A stretch of 64,000 nucleotides of DNA from NCBI GenBank assembly GCA_963772365.1, contig CAVYXA010000003.1, positions 320,001 through 384,000 on the forward strand, given 5' to 3'. The position numbers and the translations under genes are program-made. The notes below the pieces were generated by a model. It did not search any database and was not told where the DNA came from. It worked only from the letters and a program-made list of their open reading frames with translations. Positions 10,934 to 20,901 of the stretch are shown piece after piece. Origin of the DNA: an uncultured Verrucomicrobiae bacterium (GTDB lineage Bacteria; Verrucomicrobiota; Verrucomicrobiia; Chthoniobacterales; UBA10450). Positions within the stretch are counted from its first letter, which is position 1. Every line of letters begins with the position of its first letter.

Positions 10934-11497
10934 TTAGCCCGGGGAGATCGGCGGCGCCGCTGGAGCCGGCTTCTTTTTGGCCGCCGCTTCCGCGAGCTTT
11001 CCATCGACATCGGCGGCATCGGTCGGGCAGATGGCGTGATAATACTCATTCGACTTCGACAAATCACCTTTGCGCATCAGCAATGCATCGAAACGTTCGC
11101 GTGTGCTTAGCTCAAACACCTTGTCCATCTTGATCGCTTCAAACGGGCAAACTTCGACGCAAATCTGGCAGCTCATGCAAACCGAGATGTCGATGTCGAA
11201 GATCGCCGGATAAAATTGCGGTTTGCCCATGTAGTCCGGCTTCTTGTCGTCACTCTTGACGATATAAATGCATTGCGGCGGACATTCCTTCTCGCAAATC
11301 TTGCAGGCGACACAGCGAAGTCCGGCCTGGGAATTGTCGCCGTCGTAAATCAAAAATGGAAAGTTGCGGTAGTTCTCCGGCAGCGGAATGCGTTCCTCGG
11401 GATATTGCACCGTGATCAGGCGCTCCTTCTCGAAATAACTGCCTGCGAAGTTCCGCAGCGTCACCGCCATTCCTTTGAGTATGCCCGTGCCAATCAT
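10934..11497 (-). CDS. nuoI: NADH-quinone oxidoreductase subunit I (2x[4Fe-4S])
   Basis: TVQYPEER, CVACKICEKECP and CMSCQICVEVCP; start taken at ATG 11497 (MIGTGILKG). Confidence 0.9.
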   Translation of the reverse strand: MIGTGILKGMAVTLRNFAGSYFEKERLITVQYPEERIPLPENYRNFPFLIYDGDNSQAGLRCVACKICEKECPPQCIYIVKSDDKKPDYMGKPQFYPAIFDIDISVCMSCQICVEVCPFEAIKMDKVFELSTRERFDALLMRKGDLSKSNEYYHAICPTDAADVDGKLAEAAAKKKPAPAAPPISPG

Positions 11498-11539
11498 GTT
11501 CAGTTCTTTTACCTCAACGACTGAATAGCGCAACAATCG

Positions 11540-11685
11540 CTATTGGTTGGCGACGGCTGTATGGCTTCGGTTGTCGGACGATGGACAGCTCGTCACTCGA
11601 AAGCTTCTCCAGCATTCCAGTGGCATACGAGCGGCGGCCATTAGCAAGCTGGCCGACGATGAAACCGACCAGCCAAGGGAAAATC
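11540..11685 (-). pseudogene. Frameshifted 3' remnant of a ccsA paralog
   Basis: Two frames give FPWLVGFIVGQLA and LMAAARMPLECWRSF, matching the ccsA C-terminus FPWLVGFMISQLALMVVASMPLERWRSF at 16.25-16.33 kb. Confidence 0.8.
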
Positions 11686-12081
11686 GATGGAGACCGGATC
11701 GGAGCGCGCATTTAGGATACAGGCGCCTTCGCAAAGTCGATCTTGCGGACAAACCCGACTGCAAATCTCCGGCATGTTGCTGGTGGAACGAGAGAGCTCG
11801 GCGGCTTCGAGAAAACGTCCCTCGGCGGTGAGCGCGAGCCATTCGGGAATTCGATTTGCCAACGGGCAGCTGTTTTTCGCGCAGGGCGGATCGGGACAAT
11901 TGATGCAGCGACTGGCCTGAGCGCGCACCGTTGCCTCATCGAAGAGCCCGTAGATTTCATCGAAATCGCAGATGCGTTCGGCCACATCGCGCTTCGGCGG
12001 CGTCTCGCGTGCGATGTAACGCCAGTTGTGCTTCGCCGGCCAGGGCGGTGTCGCTGTTTGCATCGACCTCAATATTCGCAC
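11686..12081 (-). pseudogene. N-terminal Fe-S fragment of a GltD/NfnB-family oxidoreductase
   Basis: QASRCINCPDPPC...CPLANRIPEWL...NMPEICSRVCPQDRLCEGAC...PVSI, then no FAD/NAD(P)H-binding domain. Confidence 0.85.
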
Positions 12082-12227
12082 GACCGGCGCCGCTGCCTAC
12101 GCGCCAGTTGCTAAACATTGTGCATTGATTGACCGGCTACGGCTCAGAGAGACAATTCCGTGCTTGTAACAACTACACTCTTTGGTGAACGAATGGATTT
12201 GAATCCGTGGGAACGATCTGAATACCA

Positions 12228-12515
12228 ATGCACGTCATCACCAGAAAACGTTTGAATGAATTCGCGGACGAGCATCCAGACACCAGATCATCACTCGCGC
12301 GCTGGTATGCGGTCATGCGGAAAAGTCGCTTTGCGAATTTTGCTGAGTTGCGTGCCACCTTTCCGCATGCCGATCAAGTCGGCAAGTTCACGGTCTTTAA
12401 CATTGGCGGAAACAAGGTTCGACTGGTCGCCGCTGTGCACTATAATAGAAACAAGATCTATATCCGCGACGTGCTAACGCATGGCGAGTATGACGCTGGT
12501 CGCTGGAAAGAATAA
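12228..12515 (+). CDS. higB: HigB-family toxin
   Basis: MHVITRKRL...TFPHADQVGKFTVFNIGGNKVRLV...VLTHGEYD matches the HigB (YgjN) pattern. Confidence 0.85.
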   Translation: MHVITRKRLNEFADEHPDTRSSLARWYAVMRKSRFANFAELRATFPHADQVGKFTVFNIGGNKVRLVAAVHYNRNKIYIRDVLTHGEYDAGRWKE

Positions 12516-12516
12516 C

Positions 12517-12744
12517 ATGTCCGTAGCCGAGATCGAAAAAGTCGCAAAGGCATGGCCGCCCATCTCCCATGCCGTGCGCGTCCCGCACACTGATGCGGAT
12601 TATGAAGAGCTCGTAGAATTGCTCGACCGAGTGATCGATGAAGTCGGCGAGGACGAAAATCATCCTCTGGCTTCATTGATGGACGTACTCGGCGTTTTGA
12701 TCGAGAAATATGAGGACGAGCGCGTGCCCGAATTGACGGAGTGA
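12517..12744 (+). CDS. HigA-like antitoxin, N-terminal domain only
   Basis: Follows higB; DYEELVELLD...HPLASLMDVLGVLIEKYE; ends with no HTH. Confidence 0.75.
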   Translation: MSVAEIEKVAKAWPPISHAVRVPHTDADYEELVELLDRVIDEVGEDENHPLASLMDVLGVLIEKYEDERVPELTE

Positions 12745-12948
12745 TTTGCAGCCTGGAAGGATATCCCGCGTTTTAGATCTGCACCGCGGGCGAGATCAGT
12801 GATCCCTCGCTTGGAGAGCAAGCCGGATAAAATGTCACTGAGGCGTTCTCGACCTCGGCAACCAGCTACGAACCCAGTGCATTCCAGGCTCCGGCTCTGA
12901 TTTGGCGGTGTGAGCTGCTGGGCAACGCGTTCTCCGCCGCGCGGATTT

Positions 12949-12987
12949 TGGTTGAAAATCAACCACTATCTGGTTGAATATCCACCA
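12949..12987. promoter_or_regulatory. Tandem palindromic operator-like sites
   Basis: TGGTTGAAAATCAACCA (12949-12965) and TGGTTGAATATCCACCA (12971-12987), 22-bp period, ending at the ATG of the ATPase. Confidence 0.7.
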
Positions 12988-14243
12988 TGAAACGGCGGAA
13001 TCTCATGCCTCAAATTTTGGCCGCATTACGGGACACGCCGGTTGTATATCTGCAAGGACCGCGGCAGGCGGGCAAGTCCACGCTCGCCCAGGCGCTGTGG
13101 GACGACGGTTACGAGGCGGAGTATTTCACGCTGGATGAGGCCGTCACCCTGGCAGCGGCGCAAAGCGACCCGGACGGTTTCGTCGCCGGGCTGCCAGAAC
13201 GCGTAATCCTCGACGAAGTGCAGCGCGCCCCTGAGTTGTTCCGCGCCATCAAACGCAGTGTGGACGCGAATCGCAAGCCAGGACGTTTTCTCCTCACCGG
13301 GTCAGCGCAGGCGCTCGTGTTGCCAAAACTATCCGAGTCGCTGGCCGGGCGGATGGAGGTGTTGACGCTCTGGCCGTTCTCGCAGGGCGAAATTGCCGTA
13401 CGGCGAGAAGGTTTCGTGGACGCTTGTTTCGCGCGAGAGTTCAAGCCAGGCGCGTTCCGCAACACGGGTTGGCCGTTGCTGACGGAGCGCATCGTGACCG
13501 GCGGGTATCCTGAAGTGGTGAGCCGCACGGAAGCCGCACGGCGGCAGGCATGGTTTGGCTCTTATATTACCACGATTCTCGAACGTGACGTGCGCGACCT
13601 CGCGAATGTTGCCGGTCTGCGCGATCTCCCGCGCCTGTTGCGGCTGGCAGCCTCGCGAACGATGGGTTTACTGAACTTTGCCGATTTATCGCGTGACGCA
13701 GCCATGCCGCAGACGACGCTGCAACGTTACTGGGCACTGTTCGAGGCGACGTTTCTGGTGCGCCCGCTGCCGCCGTGGCACGGAAACCTCGGCTTGCGCC
13801 TGGTCAAGACGCCGAAGGTTTTGCTCGCTGACACCGGGCTGCTGTGTCACCTGCTCGGCCTGGATGCAGCGCGGTTGCAGGCGGACGACCTGATGACCGG
13901 CGCGGCTTTAGAATGTTTCGTGGCGTGCGAGTTGACCAAGCAAATCGCCTGGAGCAAAACCCGTCCGGGACTTTTTCACTACCGGACGCACACACAACAA
14001 GAGGTAGATTTCGTGTTGGAAGATGCGCGAGGGCGGTTGGTCGGAATTGAGGTGAAGAAGACGGCCAGCCCGACCAGCAGCGACTTCAAGGGGCTGCGTC
14101 ATCTGGCCCACCAGACCGGCAAACGCTTTCTGCGCGGCATTTTGCTCTACACCGGGTCGGCGACTGTGGCATTTGGCCCGGACCTTCACGCGTTGCCGGT
14201 GAGCGCGCTTTGGGAGATGGTGGCCGCGTCGGTTAAGCATTGA
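12987..14243 (+). CDS. AAA_14/DUF4143 ATP-binding protein
   Basis: GPRQAGKS Walker A, ILDEVQ Walker B, LLTGS, ESLAGR, GGYP, C-terminal EVDFVLE...IEVK nuclease-like motif. Confidence 0.9.
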   Translation: MKRRNLMPQILAALRDTPVVYLQGPRQAGKSTLAQALWDDGYEAEYFTLDEAVTLAAAQSDPDGFVAGLPERVILDEVQRAPELFRAIKRSVDANRKPGRFLLTGSAQALVLPKLSESLAGRMEVLTLWPFSQGEIAVRREGFVDACFAREFKPGAFRNTGWPLLTERIVTGGYPEVVSRTEAARRQAWFGSYITTILERDVRDLANVAGLRDLPRLLRLAASRTMGLLNFADLSRDAAMPQTTLQRYWALFEATFLVRPLPPWHGNLGLRLVKTPKVLLADTGLLCHLLGLDAARLQADDLMTGAALECFVACELTKQIAWSKTRPGLFHYRTHTQQEVDFVLEDARGRLVGIEVKKTASPTSSDFKGLRHLAHQTGKRFLRGILLYTGSATVAFGPDLHALPVSALWEMVAASVKH

Positions 14244-14364
14244 AAACATTTTGCGCGAGCTTGAAACGGTTTTGTCCAATCCGTCGAAGCAGTCACCGAT
14301 TACGAACGGCACCGATCCGACCTCGCTCAAGACGCGTCCTGGATTTCCGGAAGGACTTACATGC

Positions 14365-14845
14365 TCACTCCATTGGAGCCGGATAAAATGTCATGGATCC
14401 ATTCTCGACCTTGGCAACCAATTCCTGATATGGCTTGATGCGCTCATGAAGGATCGCTTTCGCTAACGGCTGTGCGATCAACTGCTCGATGGCGCGTTCC
14501 ATTTGGCGCGCGCCGAACTCGTCGCTGTAGCCCTTTTCCATCAGTAGCGAATAGGCTGATTCGTCCATGGTGAGCCGCAGATTCTGCTCGCCCAGGCGAG
14601 CGTTTAATCGGCCGATAAACCTATCGATTATTTCTCGAACATCCGCGCGACTGAAAGGATTGAAAATTATGGTTCGGGAAAATCGATTCACTAGTTCTGG
14701 ACGAAGGTCGCGCTTCATCGCTTCCATGACCCGCGCCCGCAAGTCTTCGATCCGATTTTCGGCTTCGGATTTGGCTCCACGACCCTTGTGTGAAACTCAA
14801 AACGGCACGCAATGGACTGAAAACTGCTTCGCTAGATCGGTTAGA
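14365..14845 (-). pseudogene. C-terminal (D2/small domain) fragment of a ClpB/ClpC-type ATPase
   Basis: LRPELVNRFSRTIIFNPF, KGYSDEFGARQMERAIEQLIAQPLA; in-frame TGA just upstream, no Walker motifs. Confidence 0.75.
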
Positions 14846-14859
14846 CTCGAACTCTGATC

Positions 14860-15171
14860 ATGAATCCCACATCCTGTTGGTCAGCCAATGAATGGGCCTT
14901 ACTTCTCGCAATCGTGATGCCTTACTTAGCGATGGCAGCTATGTATTTTGCGATGATCAAGGCGAATCGGAATACAACTGGTGAGATCAAGTTCATTCTC
15001 CCACCGAAGACCACATTCAAAATAGTGGCTGTAATTATGATTGTTCAAGCCACACTGCTTTTAGCGGTTCAGAAGATTTTGGAGCCGAGCGCCGTGGCAG
15101 CTCTGATTGGTGCGGTTGCGACAGCAACGATCGGAATGAGGAGTGTGAATGAAGACCCCGATCGAAAATAG
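14860..15171 (+). CDS. Hypothetical small membrane protein
   Basis: 103-aa ATG-initiated ORF with about three hydrophobic segments. Confidence 0.5.
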   Translation: MNPTSCWSANEWALLLAIVMPYLAMAAMYFAMIKANRNTTGEIKFILPPKTTFKIVAVIMIVQATLLLAVQKILEPSAVAALIGAVATATIGMRSVNEDPDRK

Positions 15172-15195
15172 AAAACAGCCTAACCGCGATCGGTT

Positions 15196-15513
15196 GTGAG
15201 GGAGTGTCAGATTCTACATGAGGTCTCGGAGGCGTTGGCGCGCCGCCGAGAACAGATTTTTCGAGCGACACTTTTGGATAAAGACGGCCAGCCTCTTTCG
15301 ACTGGAAAAGCAATTCTTGAGGGCGATCCCCTACATGGAACGTTTTGGCCGGATCGCCCAGACAGCGTGGACATTCCGCCATCTGGCGCAGTGGCTCTGC
15401 ATCGCTCAGGTTTGGCCCCCGTTCGTCTAACTAACTTTCGCCGGTGCAGGGTACGCTCTTCGGCAATTCATCATCACTTTCGAGTTGAAAAATCTTGCCT
15501 AATGAAGCCCTGA
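15196..15513 (+). CDS. Hypothetical protein
   Basis: 105-aa ORF with no recognised motif. Confidence 0.3.
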   Translation: MRECQILHEVSEALARRREQIFRATLLDKDGQPLSTGKAILEGDPLHGTFWPDRPDSVDIPPSGAVALHRSGLAPVRLTNFRRCRVRSSAIHHHFRVEKSCLMKP

Positions 15514-15754
15514 GATTGGGTTCGTTAAGCCCTTTTCCGCTTTCGGGCCGTGCTTCATTTTATGCTCGCGACCAGGTTGTCGATCTTGATGCTGAGGCAG
15601 GTGAAGTCTCTTTTCCTTTGGCCTGCCAACGAAATTCCCTTTTCAGGCAATGATCACACATTTCGGCAATGCGCCTGCTCGAAGGCTTCGCGCCTTCTCG
15701 GTACGAGTGATGCTTTCACATTTCGAATATCACCGCGCGATGTAGCGAGGCGCA

Positions 15755-16021
15755 ATGAAACTCATAATTGGAACCGCAATCTTCCTGTTAATCGGTATCC
15801 TCGGCGCGGTGGGTCATTACGCATCGATTGGTCGTAGTCCACTGACAATGCTGAACACGGACACTGTAAGCTTCTGCGTCGCTATGTTGCTGGTCGCGAG
15901 CTTCGCAAACTTGTTACCAAAATGCGTCGAGGTGCGACTCGACGGAGGCCGGCCATTTCGGCTCCCAGTGCAAGTGCTGTTCATTGGGGGAATGTGGTTG
16001 ATTGCCACGCTGCTCAAATAG
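15755..16021 (+). CDS. Hypothetical small membrane protein
   Basis: GAGG SD before ATG; three hydrophobic segments. Confidence 0.5.
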   Translation: MKLIIGTAIFLLIGILGAVGHYASIGRSPLTMLNTDTVSFCVAMLLVASFANLLPKCVEVRLDGGRPFRLPVQVLFIGGMWLIATLLK

Positions 16022-16170
16022 TCGGGGGGAATTGGGGTCATAATTTTTTCTATCGTTCATAGCTATTGCGGTATCAGGACGTTCACGTCTGAGTTTAAGC
16101 GAACGCAGGATTTCACAATATCGCGTGTCACTGCCATTCGTGTTGTTTCTGAACTTGCTGTTGGATGCTG

Positions 16171-18066
16171 CTATATTTTTTGCCCGCCGGATAGAGCGGT
16201 CGAAATCTGTGGCTGCGGTCCCTGCGAGGAAATGCTGGCTGCACTGAAACTTCGCCAGCGCTCCAGCGGCATCGACGCGACTACCATCAAAGCGAGTTGG
16301 CTGATCATGAACCCAACCAACCACGGAAATGCTTTCTGCATGAATCCGTAGGAATGGAGACCGACGCCGAGCATGTTGACTCCAAACCAGGAAAAACTCG
16401 TCACGACATTGCCGAAGATCGCCATGACCATTAGCCCACGCTGCTTAATGAATCCGCCCCAGCGCGCATGCAAAATGATTGCGCACCAGAGAACGATCAG
16501 CACGGCGCCATTCTCTTTCGGGTCCCAGCCCCAGAAACGGCCCCACGATTGATCAGCCCAGATCCCGCCGAGCACGGTGCCGACAAAGCTGAACAGGGTA
16601 GCAAAACAAACCACGCCATACGTCATGCGAGCGAGCGAACGGGCCGTTTCCTTTGTGAGCGAACGCGTGAATACACCACGAATGATGTAAATAATAGCCA
16701 GCATCCCCGCCAGGAACATTGCCGCGTAACCGGTGGTAACAACGACCACATGTGTCGCCAGCCAGATATTCGTATCGAGCACTGCCTGCAGCATCTCGAG
16801 TGTGTCACCGCTGCCAGCCAGGTGATGCGCGATGATCAACGTAATGAAACCGATGGCGCCCGCGCAGGCCGCACCGATGCCGTCGCGATAGATTCTTTCC
16901 AGAATCAGCGCCACGATCACTGCGCCCCAGCCAATGAAAATTGCGGATGAATAGAGATTGGTTACTGGCGGGCGCTCTTGAAGATACATTCGTGAGATCA
17001 AACCAAATGTGTGAATGGCGAGCGCGAGTAATAAAACGTAAAACGCTGAACGCCTGAGCGGACCACTCCAGCCCAGCCACGATGCGCACGCCAGGAGTAA
17101 AGCCAGTACGTAGAGCGCCATGCTTTGGTAAAATGGCTGAAGCCGGTTGAACAAAAACTCGAACGACGCACGCTTGGTCGCGCTCGGCTCGTTTTTCGTG
17201 AACCATTTCGACATAAGATCGACATGTTCGTTGAACAATGCACGATCCCCTTTTCGGTAGGCGTCGCCGATGATTGCGTACTCGAGAACAATCGGGTGAA
17301 GCTGGCCGGTGCCGATCGAACGCAAAAGGCTATCACCGACCCGGTGCCATTCGCCCTTCGGTTGCACCGGAGGCACCGCGAGAATATAGGCCATTTCCGA
17401 TAATCTTTCGTAGCGTTGAACGAGCGTAGCGACATCGTCGAGCTGTGCCTTGTCGAAAGCTTCGCCCGCCGCGCGCTGGCTGGCCGCATGGGCGGCGCCC
17501 GGGACCGCTTGTTCGAAAGCTTGAAGTTCCGCCGTGAAATTCTCCGCATCTTCCGGCTGGATGCTATTCTTGAGGCGCTGGTATAGAACAATGCCGTTGC
17601 GCAGATTCAGGATGGCGTTTTGATAGGCCGAGCGCTGGACCGACTCGAGCTTGTCCGATTGCGCGCCTTCTTCGTCGATCTTTTTCAGAAACGGACTGAA
17701 CTCAGCGAAACTGAAATATTTGCGGTTGCTTTGTTCCCAGCCAAACAGGCCGAGAACCTCGGCATTATCGACACGGAATACCGGATACTGATCCGCGACG
17801 GAGGAATTGAAGAGAACGTCGGTCAGCCATTGCATCGCGCTGAGATGGCGGCCGTTGTCCAGATTGAGCGTCTGTTTCCCATGGATGATCAACAGCGAAT
17901 TGCGCGCGACGGTATCGAGCGGCTTCATCCGTCCGCCCACCAGCACGGAAATCTTGCTGAGCTTGCTAACATCGACATCGCCTTTGCTGGCCGGGTGCGG
18001 CCAAAAGTTGGCCGCGACCCAGCTTGCGGCGAATAGCAAAACAATTAAGGGGAGAAAACGTTTCAT
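16171..18066 (-). CDS. ccsA: Cytochrome c biogenesis protein CcsA/ResC (system II)
   Basis: WWD domain GGIWADQSWGRFWGWDPKEN, WLATHV, GLHSYG; start taken at ATG 18066 (MKRFLP). Confidence 0.92.
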   Translation of the reverse strand: MKRFLPLIVLLFAASWVAANFWPHPASKGDVDVSKLSKISVLVGGRMKPLDTVARNSLLIIHGKQTLNLDNGRHLSAMQWLTDVLFNSSVADQYPVFRVDNAEVLGLFGWEQSNRKYFSFAEFSPFLKKIDEEGAQSDKLESVQRSAYQNAILNLRNGIVLYQRLKNSIQPEDAENFTAELQAFEQAVPGAAHAASQRAAGEAFDKAQLDDVATLVQRYERLSEMAYILAVPPVQPKGEWHRVGDSLLRSIGTGQLHPIVLEYAIIGDAYRKGDRALFNEHVDLMSKWFTKNEPSATKRASFEFLFNRLQPFYQSMALYVLALLLACASWLGWSGPLRRSAFYVLLLALAIHTFGLISRMYLQERPPVTNLYSSAIFIGWGAVIVALILERIYRDGIGAACAGAIGFITLIIAHHLAGSGDTLEMLQAVLDTNIWLATHVVVVTTGYAAMFLAGMLAIIYIIRGVFTRSLTKETARSLARMTYGVVCFATLFSFVGTVLGGIWADQSWGRFWGWDPKENGAVLIVLWCAIILHARWGGFIKQRGLMVMAIFGNVVTSFSWFGVNMLGVGLHSYGFMQKAFPWLVGFMISQLALMVVASMPLERWRSFSAASISSQGPQPQISTALSGGQKI

Positions 18067-18100
18067 GGTGATCTGTCTAGCATCCATCGGCGTGCGTCTG

Positions 18101-18210
18101 CCCCTTCTCCCCTCGCTGGAGGGGAGAGGACTAAGGAGAGGGGTTCTTCAGCGCGGAGCGACCAATGCTTGCCAACCCTTACCCAACCCTCTCCCTTGCC
18201 AAGGGAGAGG
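18101..18210. repeat. CCCTCTCCC/GGGAGAGG double-hairpin repeat inside a 59-aa mini-ORF (18063-18242, - strand)
   Basis: CCCCTTCTCCCCTCGCTGGAGGGGAGAGG...CCCTCTCCCTTGCCAAGGGAGAGG. Confidence 0.8.
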
Positions 18211-18238
18211 TGAATCTGTTGCGGCAAATAGATGCGTT

Positions 18239-19399
18239 TCATGCGATGGCAGTTCGTCGTTTTCTGGCGAACCCGACTAAATGAAAACCAAATTGCACTA
18301 GCAAACCCACAGCTACGATCACGCAAGCGACATACGGCGCGAGGAAGCTCGGGTTATGCACGACCTGCAGGATCGTGGCCGAATCGTCCTTTTGAAATCC
18401 TGCCTGATAAAATGTCTCCCCGCGATATCGCAACGGATGATTCATATAGATCAGCACATCTCGATTTACCGATTTCTCCGGATCGATCAATGTGACTTTG
18501 CTGGAAAAATCCTTCGGAATGTCGGTGCCTGCGTAGCGGGCGTGGGTGAACTTCTGCAGCGTGACACTATAAGGGTGATAGTAACGAGCAGACCGCATTG
18601 CGATCCTCCAGGTGCGTCCATCGCAGGAAAACGTCTGGGGAGCGCCCAGTGCGTCCGAAACCAGCCAGGTACCGAGTGATTCCCCGGATTTTTTAGAAAC
18701 GATTTCAATCGCCGCGCTTGGCACATCGCGTTCGTCGATACCAGTGGCGCGCAGAGCCGGTTCAACCGCAATCATCGCACCCGGGCCTTTATTGGCGATC
18801 GGCCGCACGTCGCTGTCCGATTGACTCGCCATTTTCAATCTGGAATTTTGGTAATAATTCCTTACTACGATTCGAAACGGCAGACTCTCATGATCGATGA
18901 TGCGATCGTGTTCCAACACCGTTTGGGGAATTGCGGTCACCTGATCAAAATCGCTGTTGCTCGTCTCGATCACAGCCAATTCCACGGCTATTCCGTCCTC
19001 GGTGTAATTTTTCGTATCACCCCGGGAAAGCTGCATGTGACTCTCAACAGCAAAGAGGTCGGTGAACAGACCGCCCGCCAGCATGATGATCAAACCGGCA
19101 TGAGTGAGATGAATGCCTAGTTTGCGCCACGCCCAACGAAATCGTTTTGCATGAGCGGCGATAAGATTGACCAGCAACACAGCGCCGATGAGATGACCTC
19201 CGGGGAAGACCGGAATCTGAAATCCACGACTTTCCGCCGGCCACCAGATCAACATGCTCTGGAAATAGCGCTGCTGTGCTTCATGTGTGCCGAGATGGAC
19301 TTGCGCGATTGTCCCAGCGAAAATGAGGGCCATCGCTGCCGCCAGACAAACGATCGTCAGCTTGAGAGAAGTGAGAACATCAATGAATCGGCGCCACAT
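18239..19399 (-). CDS. Cytochrome c biogenesis protein ResB/CcsB-like
   Basis: LTSLKLTIVCL, GIHLTHAG, IYMNHPLRYRGETFYQAGF; adjacent to ccsA. Confidence 0.85.
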   Translation of the reverse strand: MWRRFIDVLTSLKLTIVCLAAAMALIFAGTIAQVHLGTHEAQQRYFQSMLIWWPAESRGFQIPVFPGGHLIGAVLLVNLIAAHAKRFRWAWRKLGIHLTHAGLIIMLAGGLFTDLFAVESHMQLSRGDTKNYTEDGIAVELAVIETSNSDFDQVTAIPQTVLEHDRIIDHESLPFRIVVRNYYQNSRLKMASQSDSDVRPIANKGPGAMIAVEPALRATGIDERDVPSAAIEIVSKKSGESLGTWLVSDALGAPQTFSCDGRTWRIAMRSARYYHPYSVTLQKFTHARYAGTDIPKDFSSKVTLIDPEKSVNRDVLIYMNHPLRYRGETFYQAGFQKDDSATILQVVHNPSFLAPYVACVIVAVGLLVQFGFHLVGFARKRRTAIA

Positions 19400-19405
19400 G
19401 TTTCG

Positions 19406-20485
19406 TCAGGAATTAAACTGAATCGAGCGGACAAAATCGAAGAATTTCGGTTTTTCTTTTTCCACCGCGGCATTGGACCCGGTCATTTTGAAAAACCAGA
19501 CGCGGCCATCGCGGCGTGTCCAGGCAGCGACCGTGCGGTTTTCCGGGCCGGCAATATCCGTGGTTGAAAAATCTGTCTCTTCTGTTTTCAGCGGATTGAT
19601 TTCGGAAGTTACAGCGTTTTCATCAGCCGGCGCCAGACCGATCTGTCGTCGCCAACGATTAATGTTATCGACGTCGCTTCCGCCGTCTCCGGGAAAAGTA
19701 ACAACAGAAATGTCGATCTTACCGCCATTGTCGCCCGCGGTGCTGAAGCTAGCGTAGCGCATGGTGGAGGGCGGAACCTGCGTCCAATCTTTCGGAGTTT
19801 GCCATTTGATCTGTGGCGGGGCCGAACTCTCCGGCATGGCTGCCATTTCCGGCGATTTATTTTCTGTTTGTGCGTTGCAGACGGCTGCGACCCATTTAAT
19901 GAAATCCAGCTTTTGCTCCTCGGTCAGCTCTGAATTGCCACGGATTTTGAAAAATAGAGTTGCGGTACTCGTAGGCGCGATGCCGGCAATGATCCGGCCA
20001 TCTTTGGCCGGGTCGCCTTCTTTGGGTAGCCCGGTAAGATCGACAATGGTTACCGGACCGATTGATGTAGTAAGCTGTTGGGTGATCTCGTTCAGTTTTT
20101 GCTCGTTGATCGGTGGCTGATCAAGTTGATTGAGCCAGCGATTCACATTCTCGAGCACATTGGCTGCAGCCGGTCCAAGGCTCACCAGTGAAATGTCTGC
20201 GGCTGTGCCATGCTCGCCTTTGACGAGAAAACTGGCCTGCCGCATCTCCGAAAGCGGCTGCGGTTGCCACTTTGGCGGTCTGCTTACAGAGTTCGAAGAG
20301 ACCGGCGCGGCCATCTCTCCCGAAAGCGATGGGGAGGGACCATTGGTCGGCATCGCATTTTGCTGTTCCGGCCCCGAATCTTCCAATGGGGCTTTGGAAA
20401 CACGGTAAACTTTTATTTCCGACTTCTGATCGCAGCTCGCGAGGAGCAGTGCGAACGACGCCAGCCAAACCAAATCCCTTTTCAT
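19406..20485 (-). CDS. Lipoprotein with two internal repeats, in the ccs operon
   Basis: Lipobox LLLASC; duplicated unit W...MR(Q/Y)ASF...DIS...NVNRW/NINRW...FFK. Confidence 0.75.
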   Translation of the reverse strand: MKRDLVWLASFALLLASCDQKSEIKVYRVSKAPLEDSGPEQQNAMPTNGPSPSLSGEMAAPVSSNSVSRPPKWQPQPLSEMRQASFLVKGEHGTAADISLVSLGPAAANVLENVNRWLNQLDQPPINEQKLNEITQQLTTSIGPVTIVDLTGLPKEGDPAKDGRIIAGIAPTSTATLFFKIRGNSELTEEQKLDFIKWVAAVCNAQTENKSPEMAAMPESSAPPQIKWQTPKDWTQVPPSTMRYASFSTAGDNGGKIDISVVTFPGDGGSDVDNINRWRRQIGLAPADENAVTSEINPLKTEETDFSTTDIAGPENRTVAAWTRRDGRVWFFKMTGSNAAVEKEKPKFFDFVRSIQFNS

Positions 20486-20489
20486 CCAA

Positions 20490-20800
20490 CTATTTTTGAA
20501 TCCCGCCTGTGTGGCACTCCGCGCATGAAAACTCGGAGTATGGGGCATCAATATGCACAAAATCGAACCCCTGGGCATTTATTTGATTCATTGCGGCCGC
20601 GCCGCTGCCTTGGGCGAGAATGAGATGGCACGATTTGCAATCGCTGGCTTGGATCGAGTTTTTCCCATCAGTAGCAACGTGTTTGCCATCGTGGCAACGG
20701 AAGCACCCATTCCAATTTTTGTGACCGACAAAATCGGGGTGTGTGCGCCAATCGACTTTGACCTCCGGGAAAAAATTCGCGCGATAGATCTCCAGCGTTT
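20490..20800 (-). pseudogene. 3' fragment of a multiheme cytochrome c
   Basis: IYRANFFPEVKVDW...GCFRCH, DCKSCH, SCAECH (three CxxCH); no signal peptide or credible start upstream. Confidence 0.8.
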
Positions 20801-20901
20801 GAAGTTTGCAAAAGACGGGGCGCGAACAATTCCAGAGATTCGTAAAGATTCTGGTATGATCTTTGCGCGTTCTCTGAAAGAATGCTAAGAAACCGTTGCC
20901 G

